Source of the DNA: a virus
Taxonomy: Duplodnaviria; Caudoviricetes
Direction: 5' to 3' (one strand)
Virus record (IMG/VR): IMGVR_UViG_3300037705_000202
Coordinates: 1-30,310 of that record
DNA: 30,310 bases
Shown piece after piece: positions 1-8,861 of this stretch. Under the pieces are notes generated by a model, which saw only the letters and a program-made list of their open reading frames with translations, searched no databases and was not told the DNA's origin. The position numbers were made by a program, and so were the translations under genes. Every line of letters begins with the position of its first letter. Positions within the stretch are counted from its first letter, which is position 1.

Positions 1-1
1 T

Positions 2-67
2 AATTCCGTGGCCTTTGGCGGTGCCCTGGCTTTGGTGCTGGTTCTGTATGTCTGGCTGGCTGGTTGA
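2..67 (+). CDS. 3' end of a small membrane protein (partial)
   Basis: Frame 2 is open from the window edge: NSVAFGGALALVLVLYVWLAG*, hydrophobic; TGA at 65-67 just before the ATG at 70. Confidence 0.4.
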   Translation, partial: NSVAFGGALALVLVLYVWLAG

Positions 68-69
68 GC

Positions 70-408
70 ATGGCCGCCGATGGTCTTTTTGATTTCGAGG
101 GGGAACAGTTGACTGTGTTGGAGCTCGCCAAGAGAGTGTTGCCTGGTGGTGTACCGGCGGTGCCGGTTGTTGCGAGGCCGGTGGCCGACCAGGCACCCAC
201 GCCACGCCGGGTGGGACGGCCGCGCAAGAACAGCGCCTCAATTCAAGTCGCAAAACAAAAAAACGGCGGGCGGCTGCTGAGGTTATGGGATCAGGCCATA
301 CGCCCTCGGCCTGGCCCGTTGTATCTCCAAGAAATTCAAACCATCAACCAACAAACACTGTCGATACTGCCACAATTACGCCTGCGGTCTTCGCGGCTCA
401 AGAATTAA
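70..408 (+). CDS. Hypothetical phage protein (112 aa) with AT-hook-like GRPRK motif
   Basis: ATG at 70 immediately after the upstream stop; contains RRVGRPRK. Confidence 0.5.
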   Translation: MAADGLFDFEGEQLTVLELAKRVLPGGVPAVPVVARPVADQAPTPRRVGRPRKNSASIQVAKQKNGGRLLRLWDQAIRPRPGPLYLQEIQTINQQTLSILPQLRLRSSRLKN

Positions 409-433
409 AGCATAACAATCTCTGGGGGGATTT

Positions 434-748
434 ATGGAAGCCATTGCCAAGGCCGATCTGCACCCGGCCGCCATGCGCGAAACCAGGGCGGCCATGCGCC
501 ATCTCTTGGGCGCCCAATACCTGGAGCGGGTGGCGGTCTACCAGAAGCTGATCCGCAACATCATGTCAGAACACGACCTCACCCCGGAGATGGCCCTGGA
601 GCAAATCATCAATATCCTGGACGCCACTGCCGCCGAGGTCAACCATGTGACTCTCGGGCTGTTGGTGTCTGCCGCGGTCGAGATCAACGAGATCGGCTCC
701 GCTGAGGCAGTGGCCGGTCCCTGCTCCGGAGGGCTGCTCTATGCCTGA
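434..748 (+). CDS. Hypothetical phage protein (104 aa)
   Basis: GGGGGA RBS before the ATG; helical composition; overlaps the next gene. Confidence 0.7.
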   Translation: MEAIAKADLHPAAMRETRAAMRHLLGAQYLERVAVYQKLIRNIMSEHDLTPEMALEQIINILDATAAEVNHVTLGLLVSAAVEINEIGSAEAVAGPCSGGLLYA

Positions 749-914
749 GTCTAAAATCCGGATCGATCACCGTAGCGCCTTGGTTCGACTGCTGCGTCAT
801 TGTTCAGTCGACCAGGACAGCTTCGAGTCTGCAATGTTTCACTTCGATCAGGCCGTTGAACAGGCACAGGGTGAAGATGGCGATGAAGACCACGGCGAGG
901 AAACGCGGTCATGA
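741..914 (+). CDS. Small acidic hypothetical protein (57 aa, below ORF-track cut-off)
   Basis: GGAGGG RBS at 728-733, ATG 741, MPESKIRIDHRS...DHGEETRS*; ATGA overlap with the gene at 911. Confidence 0.6.
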   Translation: MPESKIRIDHRSALVRLLRHCSVDQDSFESAMFHFDQAVEQAQGEDGDEDHGEETRS

Positions 915-1129
915 TAGTCGTCACCAGATGGACGCTGGTTACCCTGGGCATTGCCGGCGCAATCTTGAACGCCCGAGGGATGCGTGCGAGCTTCATCGTA
1001 TGGGTCGTGGCCAACGCAGGGATGCTGTCATTAAACGTGGCCACTCACCGTTATCCTGAGGCCATCCTGTTCGGAGTCTACCTGCTAACAGCTGTCTACG
1101 GCTGGTTGCATTGGGGAAGGAAGCCATGA
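911..1129 (+). CDS. Small 3-TM membrane protein, PnuC (nicotinamide riboside transporter)-like half domain
   Basis: Three hydrophobic segments; W..AN and 'AVYGWLHW' C-terminus resemble PnuC-family repeats. Confidence 0.55.
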   Translation: MIVVTRWTLVTLGIAGAILNARGMRASFIVWVVANAGMLSLNVATHRYPEAILFGVYLLTAVYGWLHWGRKP

Positions 1130-1355
1130 TGGTTTTTATCCCTGGTCTGCATCTAACCGTGGGCCATCCCCTAGGGATACTCCGAGAGGGAGCCGGAGCC
1201 CCGGTCAGTATCGCGGCACGAAAGGGACGAGTTGCCGGGATGGCCGTACCTTCTTCCCTCCCCTTCGCTGTTTCCCCCCCTCCCCCTTCTACCAGAAGGT
1301 CAAGCCAAAGGTCGAATACTGTCACCAGCTGTAGCCAAGCCCGCCGGAACATCGC

Positions 1356-1398
1356 GGGTCCTTCGCCGAGACAGAGGTACGCAAGGGTACGCAGACCC
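1356..1398 (+). other. Candidate lambda-type cos site (cosQ-like GGGTCCT plus dyad cosN-like GGGTACGCAGACCC)
   Basis: GGGTCCT at 1356-1362 is identical to lambda cosQ; 22 nt later GGGT-N6-ACCC dyad at 1385-1398; followed by GGAATTTT repeats; genome has GpA terminase and lambda-type portal. Confidence 0.45.
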
Positions 1399-1526
1399 CG
1401 GTGGTCGTGCACACTCGAAATCGGAAATTGTTTGGAATTTTGGAATTTTTGCAAAGTGGATGACGTTCTGTGCCCGCTTGTCTGTCTCAGCACACCTGGC
1501 CATCACCCTTTAACGGTGCAACCGGC

Positions 1527-1823
1527 ATGACAAAAGAACTGCAATCCTGCCCCCATTGCCGCCGCCGTGTCCCTCCGGCCTGCCCGCATTGCGGGAGTTT
1601 CCGAGTTCAATTCAATGGCCGGCGCGGCATTCATCAACGATGTGTCTGCCGTGGGTGCGGCAGACTTTTCACGATCGGCTCCCGGGGACGGATCAGCGCG
1701 GCAACCTGGTCAATAGTGGATGAACTATTGCGGGCCGGGGTCGAGGTTAAGGTGATCAGCCAGGCGGTGAATATCTCCCGGCGGCATGTCTATAACCGGC
1801 AGAAGTCTTTGGAGTTCAACTGA
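1527..1823 (+). CDS. Zn-ribbon + HTH DNA-binding protein (InsA-like architecture), 98 aa
   Basis: CPHC..CPHC..CRGC motifs then 'GVEVKVISQAVNISRRHVYN' HTH; TGATG coupling to the helicase gene. Confidence 0.65.
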   Translation: MTKELQSCPHCRRRVPPACPHCGSFRVQFNGRRGIHQRCVCRGCGRLFTIGSRGRISAATWSIVDELLRAGVEVKVISQAVNISRRHVYNRQKSLEFN

Positions 1824-3403
1824 TGACCGACCAGGGGGAAAAGACCATCGCCGAAGAAGTCGAGGCCCGGCGCCAGGCCGAAGCGGCCGAAGACGCCGCC
1901 GTCGAAGAGCAGGAGATTAGCTCGGATTTCGTCTGGGAGTGCTTCCGCGCCAACGAAATCGGCGATTCGATCCTTTTCACCGCCAAGCATAAAAGGCGCT
2001 TCATCCATAACGCCGACACCAAGAGCGAATGGCTCATGTTCGAAGGTCATTCCTACAAGGTCGATCGCACCGGCCGGGCGCTGGCCGCGGTCGAGGATGT
2101 CGCCCTGCTCTACCTTGATGAGACTGAAAAACTCAAGGCCCAAATCTCCGAGGCGGCGGCAGCCGAAGACAACAACCAGGTCAAGAACCTTCGCGGCCAG
2201 GTCGAAGCCCTGAAGAAACGGGCCAACCGCCTGCGCTCGGTACCCGGCCGCAAGAATTGCCTGGAATGCGCCGCCACGAATCAGGATCCCATCGTCACCA
2301 CCTACGATGAGCTGGACCAGGATCCCTGGTTGCTCGGGGTGGCCAACGGCGTGATCGATCTCCGCACCGGCAAGCTACGCCCGGGCCGGCCGGAAGATCT
2401 AATCACCAAGGCCAGCCCGATCGAGTTCAAGGGTATCGAGGTGCCGTGCGACCGGTGGAAGCAGTACCTCAAGGAATGCCTCGATGACGACGAGACCATC
2501 CAATATCTGCAGAAGGTCCTGGGCTATACCATCACCGGGCTGCGCATCCTCAGGATTTTCCTGGTTTTCTTCGGCGAACGTGCCCAGAACGGCAAAGGCA
2601 CTCTGATGGACATCATGTTCCACATCCTGGGTCCATTGGCGGGGCCGATCCAAAGCGAAATGCTTACCGCCCAGCGCAACGTCAAAAGTTCATCCGGACC
2701 CAGCCCGGACGTAATGGACCTCAAGGGGAAACGATTGGTCTGGGCCTCGGAACCCGAGGAAGGCCAGCGATTTGCCGTCGGCAAAGTTAAACTCTACTCC
2801 GGCGGAGATCCCCTGGTCGGTCGCTTCCCCAACGATCGAAACCAAACCACTTTTTTCCCGACCCACACCTTGTTCATGCTAACCAACCACAAACTGCACG
2901 CCCCGGCCGACGACAACGGCTTCTGGATTCGCCAAAAGCTCATAGATTTCCCTTACACCTACGTCGAAGATCCCAAGGAACCCTGGGAAAGGAAAGCTGT
3001 TGGAGATCTCTTCGACCAACTCAAAAAAGAGGCTTCCGGGATTCTCGGCTGGCTGGTGGCCGGGTGCCTGCTCTGGCAAAAGGAAGGCATGAAGACCCCG
3101 GAGAAGATCCGCAAGGCCACCGCCCAGTATCGCCGGGCCGAAGATCAGATCGCCGACTACATCGATCAATGCTGCAAGATCAACCCCAACTCACGCTCCG
3201 GTGCCACCGATCTATACAAGGTCTTCAAGTTCTGGTGGGTGGCCAACGTCAACAACAAGCCATTGTCACAGCGCAAATTCGGCGACCTGATGACCTTGCG
3301 CTTCGACAAGGAACAGCCCACCGGCAGGGTGGAATACCTGGGGGTCGAAATTGACATTCAGGGAGATTACTACGCCCGGGCCATGAGGTCGAAAGATGAC
3401 TAG
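1823..3403 (+). CDS. Phage/plasmid primase P4-family protein (D5-N-like + SF3 helicase)
   Basis: 'LLGVANGVIDLRTG' D5-N motif, Walker A GERAQNGKGT, Walker B region 'LVWASE', motif C 'MLTNH', C-terminal winged helix. Confidence 0.9.
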   Translation: MTDQGEKTIAEEVEARRQAEAAEDAAVEEQEISSDFVWECFRANEIGDSILFTAKHKRRFIHNADTKSEWLMFEGHSYKVDRTGRALAAVEDVALLYLDETEKLKAQISEAAAAEDNNQVKNLRGQVEALKKRANRLRSVPGRKNCLECAATNQDPIVTTYDELDQDPWLLGVANGVIDLRTGKLRPGRPEDLITKASPIEFKGIEVPCDRWKQYLKECLDDDETIQYLQKVLGYTITGLRILRIFLVFFGERAQNGKGTLMDIMFHILGPLAGPIQSEMLTAQRNVKSSSGPSPDVMDLKGKRLVWASEPEEGQRFAVGKVKLYSGGDPLVGRFPNDRNQTTFFPTHTLFMLTNHKLHAPADDNGFWIRQKLIDFPYTYVEDPKEPWERKAVGDLFDQLKKEASGILGWLVAGCLLWQKEGMKTPEKIRKATAQYRRAEDQIADYIDQCCKINPNSRSGATDLYKVFKFWWVANVNNKPLSQRKFGDLMTLRFDKEQPTGRVEYLGVEIDIQGDYYARAMRSKDD

Positions 3404-3478
3404 GACCGGACCATTTAGAGGATCAGACATTCTCCCTATGGTTTATGAGGATTTTTGCGTTTATGTTTTTTTGCAAAG

Positions 3479-3552
3479 AACCCTGTATAAACCCTCTAAC
3501 CCTCTAAACCCTTTCCAGAAAAGAAAAAGAAGGAAGGAGGTTTAGAGGGTTA
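3479..3552. repeat. AACCCTCTAA iteron-like repeats and 14-bp inverted repeat; candidate replication origin/regulatory element
   Basis: AACCCTCTAA at 3490-3499 and 3498-3507; TAACCCTCTAAACC (3497-3510) is the perfect reverse complement of 3539-3552; AT-rich intergenic context. Confidence 0.6.
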
Positions 3553-4976
3553 TGGAAACGGTACTCGATCTAGTCCAAGGCTGCGGGGTCAATCCCGGGC
3601 GGCCGATCGGCCGCAAGCGCGAACATCACTGCGCCTGCCCGGGCTGCGGCGGCAGCAAGCGCTTTCGGATCTGGCCGGAAGACAACAACGGCGCCGGCTC
3701 CTATGACTGCCGGGATTGCGGCAAACGCGGCGACAATATCCAGTTCTGTCGCGACTTCCTCGGGCTCGACTTCCGGGCCGCGGCCGAGCGCTGCGGCCGG
3801 CATGACCTCCTGGATGAACTTGCCGGCAGGAAGCCGAAACCACGCCAAGCCAAATCTCCCAGCCTGCCGGCAGCCCCCCGGCCCATCGACTGGAACCCGC
3901 CATCGTATAACTGCCCGCCGGAGGCCTGGGTAGCTCAGGCCAACGAATTCGCCCACCAGTGCCACCTGGCCCTGATCGCCAACAAGAAGCTGATGGACTG
4001 GCTGGCCGGTCGCGGCATCACCGCCGAGGCCGTGGCCCGCTACTCCCTGGGCTGGAACCTCGGCAACGGCGGCAAGCCGCTGTTCAAGTCTCGCAAAACC
4101 TGGGGGTTGCCCCTGGAGGCCAACGAGCAGGGCAGGAACAAGCCGCTCTGGATCCCGGTCGGCCTGGTCATTCCCTATCTGCTCGACAACCAGGTGGTCA
4201 GGCTGCGGATCCGGCGGCCGAAAGCCGAGCGCGATAAGTTCCTGCCGGAGGTGAAATACTACGTGGTCCCGGGATCATTCATGGGCACCATGGTTTTGGA
4301 GCCGCACCGCCGGGCCTTCGTGGTCATCGAGGCCGAGCTCGACGCCATGGCCTGCGCCGTGGCCACCGAGCTTTGCGGCGCCGTCTCGGTCCAGACCCTG
4401 GAGGGCAAGCCGGACAGCTTCGCCCACCAGGTCCTGAGCAGCAGCCTGCAGATCCTCGAGGCCCTGGACGTTGGCGACCTGGGCGCCGCCTCCATCGTCG
4501 GCAAGCGGGCCCGGGCCTGGTGGCGCGCCACTTACCCGGATATCTGCGAACGCTGGCCGGTACCGCGCGGCAAGGATCCGGGCGAAGCCTTCGCGGCCGG
4601 GGTCGACCTGGGCGAATGGCTCACCGCCGGCCTGCCCCCGATACTCACCGTCACCGCCTCGGCCCCGGTCCCAGAAAAACCGGTGGAAGTCATCCCCGAG
4701 GTTTCCGGACAGTCAGCCGTTTCTTCTGGCCTGCGGAAGGAAGGGGGCAACTTTACCAGCCCCGTGGCGGAGTTGCGCGAATTGCTGCGGGAAACCGGCC
4801 TGGTGGTGGTCAAGCGGGAGCGCGGCGCCGAGCTGGGGATCGCCGGCGGGCGGCCGGGGCTGTCGTTCGATCTCAAGCGAAAAGTCGGCCGGCTGATCTT
4901 CCAGGATCCGGAAGTCGGCGCATACATCGATCAATTGCCGGACGGATTGCTTCGCCCGGCGGATCTTGGGCAATAG
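3552..4976 (+). CDS. DNA primase with N-terminal P4-alpha-like Zn ribbon and Toprim-like domain
   Basis: CPGCGGSKRF...CRDCGKRGD Zn ribbon; 'VIEAELDA' and 'GKDPGE' Toprim-type motifs. Confidence 0.8.
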   Translation: METVLDLVQGCGVNPGRPIGRKREHHCACPGCGGSKRFRIWPEDNNGAGSYDCRDCGKRGDNIQFCRDFLGLDFRAAAERCGRHDLLDELAGRKPKPRQAKSPSLPAAPRPIDWNPPSYNCPPEAWVAQANEFAHQCHLALIANKKLMDWLAGRGITAEAVARYSLGWNLGNGGKPLFKSRKTWGLPLEANEQGRNKPLWIPVGLVIPYLLDNQVVRLRIRRPKAERDKFLPEVKYYVVPGSFMGTMVLEPHRRAFVVIEAELDAMACAVATELCGAVSVQTLEGKPDSFAHQVLSSSLQILEALDVGDLGAASIVGKRARAWWRATYPDICERWPVPRGKDPGEAFAAGVDLGEWLTAGLPPILTVTASAPVPEKPVEVIPEVSGQSAVSSGLRKEGGNFTSPVAELRELLRETGLVVVKRERGAELGIAGGRPGLSFDLKRKVGRLIFQDPEVGAYIDQLPDGLLRPADLGQ

Positions 4977-5016
4977 GGCCTTTCGAGCCCGGCAAACCAT
5001 GAACAGGAGCGTGTAA

Positions 5017-5886
5017 ATGAAGATCATCGGCATATCGGGGAAAATAGGTTGCGGAAAGACGGTGCTCGGCCGGCGGTTGGTCGAGTTGCTCGGCAACGGC
5101 TGGGTAAAAGTGTCCTTTGCCGACGTACTCAAGCGTGAGGTTGCCGGGCTGTTCAGCATCCCGCTGGATTGGTGCTACAACGCCAAGGATCGGCTGGTAG
5201 ATGTCATCCACCAGTTGGCTCCGGCTCCGAAAATGACGGTACGCGAGATCCTGCAGTGGTGGGGTACCGACGTGCGCCGGAAAGAAGGTACGGAATATTG
5301 GAACAAGCAGCTGCTGGTGGTGCTGCTTGTTCTTGCCGTCAAAGGAGCCAAGGGCGCGGTGATCGACGATGTCCGTTTGCCGAACGAGGCGACTTTGGTC
5401 CGGACACTGCAAGGCGCTTTGGTCCGCCTCGATATGTATCCTGGCTACCATCAGGCCGCTGCCGGCGCCGAACATATCACGGAGACAGCCCTGGATGACT
5501 GGACGGACTGGGATTACCGCAACGCCCCGGAATTCGGCCAGCTCGATGCCGAGGCCATGCGGATCATCGAGCAGTTTTCCGTGGGCGGATTTTTCACCAA
5601 AACGAACCAGCCGGCCAACGGCGGGCTTTCCCCGGAAGAGCTGGCCGCGGCCCATAAGAAAGGCCATATTGTTTACCGGCCTAAAGTCAAGATAGAAAAC
5701 GGCAAGCCGGTTATCCGCACCCACGACGCCAAAGGCTATGTGGTCGAAAACGAAACCGGCGCCATTCGCCGTTTCAAGAAGCGCTATCGGGTATCGAAAA
5801 AGCAGCGGCGCAAACTGAAGGCCGCCGTCAAAGCCGAAGGCCGCCAGGTGGTTCCGCACCGGTCCGGCGGAGGCGCGCCGGTATGA
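5017..5886 (+). CDS. Deoxynucleoside monophosphate kinase with basic C-terminal extension
   Basis: IIGISGKIGCGKT P-loop, SFADVLK, REILQWWGTD, IDDVRLPNE motifs of phage dNMP kinases. Confidence 0.85.
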   Translation: MKIIGISGKIGCGKTVLGRRLVELLGNGWVKVSFADVLKREVAGLFSIPLDWCYNAKDRLVDVIHQLAPAPKMTVREILQWWGTDVRRKEGTEYWNKQLLVVLLVLAVKGAKGAVIDDVRLPNEATLVRTLQGALVRLDMYPGYHQAAAGAEHITETALDDWTDWDYRNAPEFGQLDAEAMRIIEQFSVGGFFTKTNQPANGGLSPEELAAAHKKGHIVYRPKVKIENGKPVIRTHDAKGYVVENETGAIRRFKKRYRVSKKQRRKLKAAVKAEGRQVVPHRSGGGAPV

Positions 5887-6677
5887 GCACCAAAATCGAA
5901 TGGGCCGAGGAAACCTGGAATCCGGTCACCGGCTGCACGCCGATCAGCCCCGGTTGCGTCAATTGCTACGCCAAGCGGATGGCCAAGCGGCTGGCCGGCC
6001 GTTGCGGCTACCCGGGTGAAAACCCTTTTGCGGTCACCCTGCATCCCGGCCGCCTGGAACAGCCCATGACCTGGAGCAAGCCCCGCCGGGTCTTCGTTTG
6101 CTCGATGAGCGACCTGTTCCACGAGGCGGTCACGGACGGCTTCCTGGTCCAGGTCTTCTCGGCCATGCGCCGGGGCATGACGGAACGCGGCCACACCTTC
6201 ATGGTGCTGACCAAGCGTCCGGCCAGGATGCGCGAGTTCCTCTCCCGGCTGCGTTGGAACGGCGGGGTCCTGGCCCTGGATGCCGTTGGCGGCCGTTTTG
6301 CCCCCATGGCCGGCGTCCAGTTGTTGCTCGGGGTAACCGTCGAAAACAGCGATCAACGCCGGAGAATCCCGGAGCTGCTCAACACCCCGGGAATTCGCCG
6401 CTTCGTCTCGGTGGAGCCGATGCTGGAGCCGATAGATCTCACCCCCTGGCTGCCCTGGCTGGACTGGGTGATCTGCGGCGGCGAGACCGGCCCGGGCCAT
6501 CGCCCCATGTCCGGCCTTTGGGCCATGGATCTGCTGGAACAGTGCCGGGCCTACGGGGTGCCGTTTTTCTTCAAGCAGATGGCCGGCAAGTCCACCCCCC
6601 TGCCCAAATCGCTCCAGGTCCGGGAATTCCCGGCCGGGATGCTAGATGCCGCCCCGGAGAAGCAAAACCATGTGTGA
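5883..6677 (+). CDS. Phage Gp37/Gp68 family protein (DUF5131)
   Basis: TKIEW..TWNPVTGCTPISPGCVNCYA, FVCSMSDLFH, LTKRP, SVEPML, WVICGGETG, PFFFKQ. Confidence 0.92.
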   Translation: MSTKIEWAEETWNPVTGCTPISPGCVNCYAKRMAKRLAGRCGYPGENPFAVTLHPGRLEQPMTWSKPRRVFVCSMSDLFHEAVTDGFLVQVFSAMRRGMTERGHTFMVLTKRPARMREFLSRLRWNGGVLALDAVGGRFAPMAGVQLLLGVTVENSDQRRRIPELLNTPGIRRFVSVEPMLEPIDLTPWLPWLDWVICGGETGPGHRPMSGLWAMDLLEQCRAYGVPFFFKQMAGKSTPLPKSLQVREFPAGMLDAAPEKQNHV

Positions 6678-7071
6678 CAAAATCGAAAAATGCGCCCGCT
6701 ATGCCAGGCTGGTCTGCGAAGAGCTGGATGGCGGCGACGGCTGTTTTCTCCAGCGCGATGAAAGCAGAGGCAGCCAAATATTGACAACCATGTCAGGAGC
6801 CCCCATGGAAAATCAGGAATTACTTGAAGCCAACGAGTCGCTGAAAAAGACCAGCCGGATCCTCTTCGGCGAAGCGGCGGAGCTCCGGCTGGTCGATCCG
6901 CGTGTCGGAGGATCTCGACAGGATCCTGGAGCAATCCAGCAAGACCGACCTCACCGTGCTGATCTCCGCCAAGGAGGAAGCCAAGCGGAAAGTCCTGGCG
7001 GAGGCCACCCCGTCCAACCTAGCCGCCCTGGACAAGGCCACCAGAATGCTGGAGGCCAATCGCATGAGTAA
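6670..7071 (+). CDS. Hypothetical protein (3' part overlaps TerS and is doubtful)
   Basis: ATG at 6670 overlaps the DUF5131 stop; overlaps the next ORF by 170 nt. Confidence 0.35.
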   Translation: MCDKIEKCARYARLVCEELDGGDGCFLQRDESRGSQILTTMSGAPMENQELLEANESLKKTSRILFGEAAELRLVDPRVGGSRQDPGAIQQDRPHRADLRQGGSQAESPGGGHPVQPSRPGQGHQNAGGQSHE

Positions 7072-7648
7072 GGCGATCAAGGAGAAAGCGGCCAAGGACA
7101 AGGCTGAGAAATGGAAAACCAAGGCCGATGTGCTCGAATACCTGAAGAAGAAATGGGCGGTTGAGAAATCGACTTTTTACAACCACTCTAATCCGGCGCA
7201 CCGAGATGGCGGAAAGCTCAACAAGGTCAAGGGCTGGTACCTGAAAACCCATGTCGACGCCTATGCCGAGAAGTACCTGGTGCCGCTCGATGGAGCCACG
7301 GACGACGAGCAAAGCGGTTTGCAGCGGGACAAGCTCCAGGGCGAGATCCGCTACCAAACGGTCCGGTCCGAAAAGGCCGAGTTGGAGCTGGACATCCTCA
7401 AAGGGAAATACCTGCCCCGCGACCAGTTCGACCTGGAGATGGCCGGCCGGGCCGGGGTGCTTGACAACTCGTTCAACCACCTGATCGAGTCGAGGGCACA
7501 GGAGATCATCGCCCTGGTCGGCGGCGATCAGAAAAAGGCCCCGGAGTTTATCCACTTCATGAAGGTTGCAAAAGACCAGATGTTGTCGGAGTTCGCCACC
7601 ACTAAGGAATTTCAGGTAATCGTCAAGCCGGGCAAAACCGGCGAATAA
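6902..7648 (+). CDS. Putative terminase small subunit (Nu1-like; HTH + coiled coil)
   Basis: HTH-like '[22 protein letters not shown]'; Nu1-like '[16 protein letters not shown]'; upstream of GpA; start codon uncertain. Confidence 0.65.
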   Translation: MSEDLDRILEQSSKTDLTVLISAKEEAKRKVLAEATPSNLAALDKATRMLEANRMSKAIKEKAAKDKAEKWKTKADVLEYLKKKWAVEKSTFYNHSNPAHRDGGKLNKVKGWYLKTHVDAYAEKYLVPLDGATDDEQSGLQRDKLQGEIRYQTVRSEKAELELDILKGKYLPRDQFDLEMAGRAGVLDNSFNHLIESRAQEIIALVGGDQKKAPEFIHFMKVAKDQMLSEFATTKEFQVIVKPGKTGE

Positions 7649-7657
7649 GGAGAAACC

Positions 7658-7903
7658 ATGGAACTGAACCCGAATCACCAGGTGACAAGAACGGTCAGCG
7701 AGCACTGGCACAAGGTAGCCGCCTTGCTGATGAAAAAGGCCGGGATGGAGCATGTCGTCATCACCGAGGCCGATATTGCGGCGCTGGAAAATTTAAACCA
7801 GGCGATAGTCATCGATGCCCGGGCGGATGGCCTCCACGTCAGCCTGGTCGATATGGCCACCGCCGAGAAGCTGGCCCGGCAAGAAGGAGGGTTGCCGACA
7901 TGA
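7658..7903 (+). CDS. Hypothetical phage protein (81 aa)
   Basis: AAGGAG RBS; ATGA overlap with the next gene. Confidence 0.75.
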   Translation: MELNPNHQVTRTVSEHWHKVAALLMKKAGMEHVVITEADIAALENLNQAIVIDARADGLHVSLVDMATAEKLARQEGGLPT

Positions 7904-8136
7904 AAAACAAGCTGATCGATCTGAACAACCATCTATTCGCGCAACTGGAACGGCTGTCCGACGAAGAGACCACCGGAGAGAAACTGAAAGAGGAAATTGA
8001 GCGCTCCCGGGCTGTCGGGACCATTGCCCGCAACATCATCGACAATGCGGCTCTCGCTCTGGCCGCCAGAAAGGCTTTGTACGACAAGGTGCCAAATCTG
8101 CCAAAGATGCTCGATGAAGGCAATGAAGAAAAGTAA
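7900..8136 (+). CDS. Small phage protein of a type often found just upstream of HNH genes (78 aa)
   Basis: [22 protein letters not shown]...EIERSRAV motif; GGAGG RBS. Confidence 0.75.
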   Translation: MKNKLIDLNNHLFAQLERLSDEETTGEKLKEEIERSRAVGTIARNIIDNAALALAARKALYDKVPNLPKMLDEGNEEK

Positions 8137-8755
8137 ACCGCATCGTTATACTCCCGGGCAGATCAGTTTCCTGCAGGAGAAGTACCAGGAATATTCCCTG
8201 CCGATCCTGGTGTGGGCCTTTAACCAGACGTTCGGAACCTCCCTGGCCGAGAGCCGGATCCGTTCGGCGCTGCGCAATCACCACATCCGGTCCGGGCGCA
8301 CCGGCTGGTTCAGACAGGGGGGCATCTCGTGGAATCTCGGCAAAAAGGGGTATATGGGCGCCAATGCCACCAGTTTCCGGCCTGGCAACTTGCCGCACAA
8401 CCATAAACCGCTTTGGAGCGAGAGGGTGGGGAAGGATGGCTATATTGAGATGTCCGTCCCCGAGCGCAACCCTTACACCGGCTTTCCGACCCGTTACAAA
8501 CACAAGCACGTCTGGCTCTGGGAACAGGCCAACGGCCGGAAGCCGAAGGGGACGGCGGTGATTTTCAAGGACGGCGATATTCGCAACTTCGAGCCTGATA
8601 ACCTGGTGCTGGTTACCCGAACCGAGTTGCTGGCCATGAATCTGCACGGTTACAAGGACCAGCCCGCGGAGCTAAAACCTTCGATCCTGGCTCTGGCGAA
8701 AGTTGAGGCCAAGGCAGGAATAAGGACGCGTCCCGCTCGCGGACGAAATAGGTAA
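8123..8755 (+). CDS. HNH-family endonuclease (210 aa)
   Basis: '[33 protein letters not shown]' HNH_3-type motif; F.PGN.PHN repeat; stop codon lies inside the attC core at 8750-8756. Confidence 0.8.
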   Translation: MKKSKPHRYTPGQISFLQEKYQEYSLPILVWAFNQTFGTSLAESRIRSALRNHHIRSGRTGWFRQGGISWNLGKKGYMGANATSFRPGNLPHNHKPLWSERVGKDGYIEMSVPERNPYTGFPTRYKHKHVWLWEQANGRKPKGTAVIFKDGDIRNFEPDNLVLVTRTELLAMNLHGYKDQPAELKPSILALAKVEAKAGIRTRPARGRNR

Positions 8756-8839
8756 CGATTGAAGCCAGGCGACCGCGCCTGGGAAACTTGCCCGCAAGGC
8801 CGTCCGCTCCCCGCGGTCGGCTGGGCTGACTGGTTGTAC
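8750..8839 (-). other. attC: attC site (90 bp), distal
   Basis: Minus strand: R'' GTACAAC, 5-nt CAGTC, L'' AGCCCAGC ... L' CCTGGCT, 6-nt TCAATC, R' GTTACCT; extra C in L'' (extrahelical G on bottom strand); stem continues CGACCGCG/CGCGGTCG. Confidence 0.85.
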
Positions 8840-8861
8840 TTCAAAGCCGAGGAGGAACGAT

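Noticed and set aside
1111-1530. Overlapping ORFs in several frames
   Set aside because: Low-complexity Pro/Ser/Arg translations across pyrimidine tracts; more likely a non-coding cos/regulatory region
7800-7897. attC upstream of the HNH unit ending at GTTGCCG
   Set aside because: No palindrome; the region is coding sequence of 7658-7903
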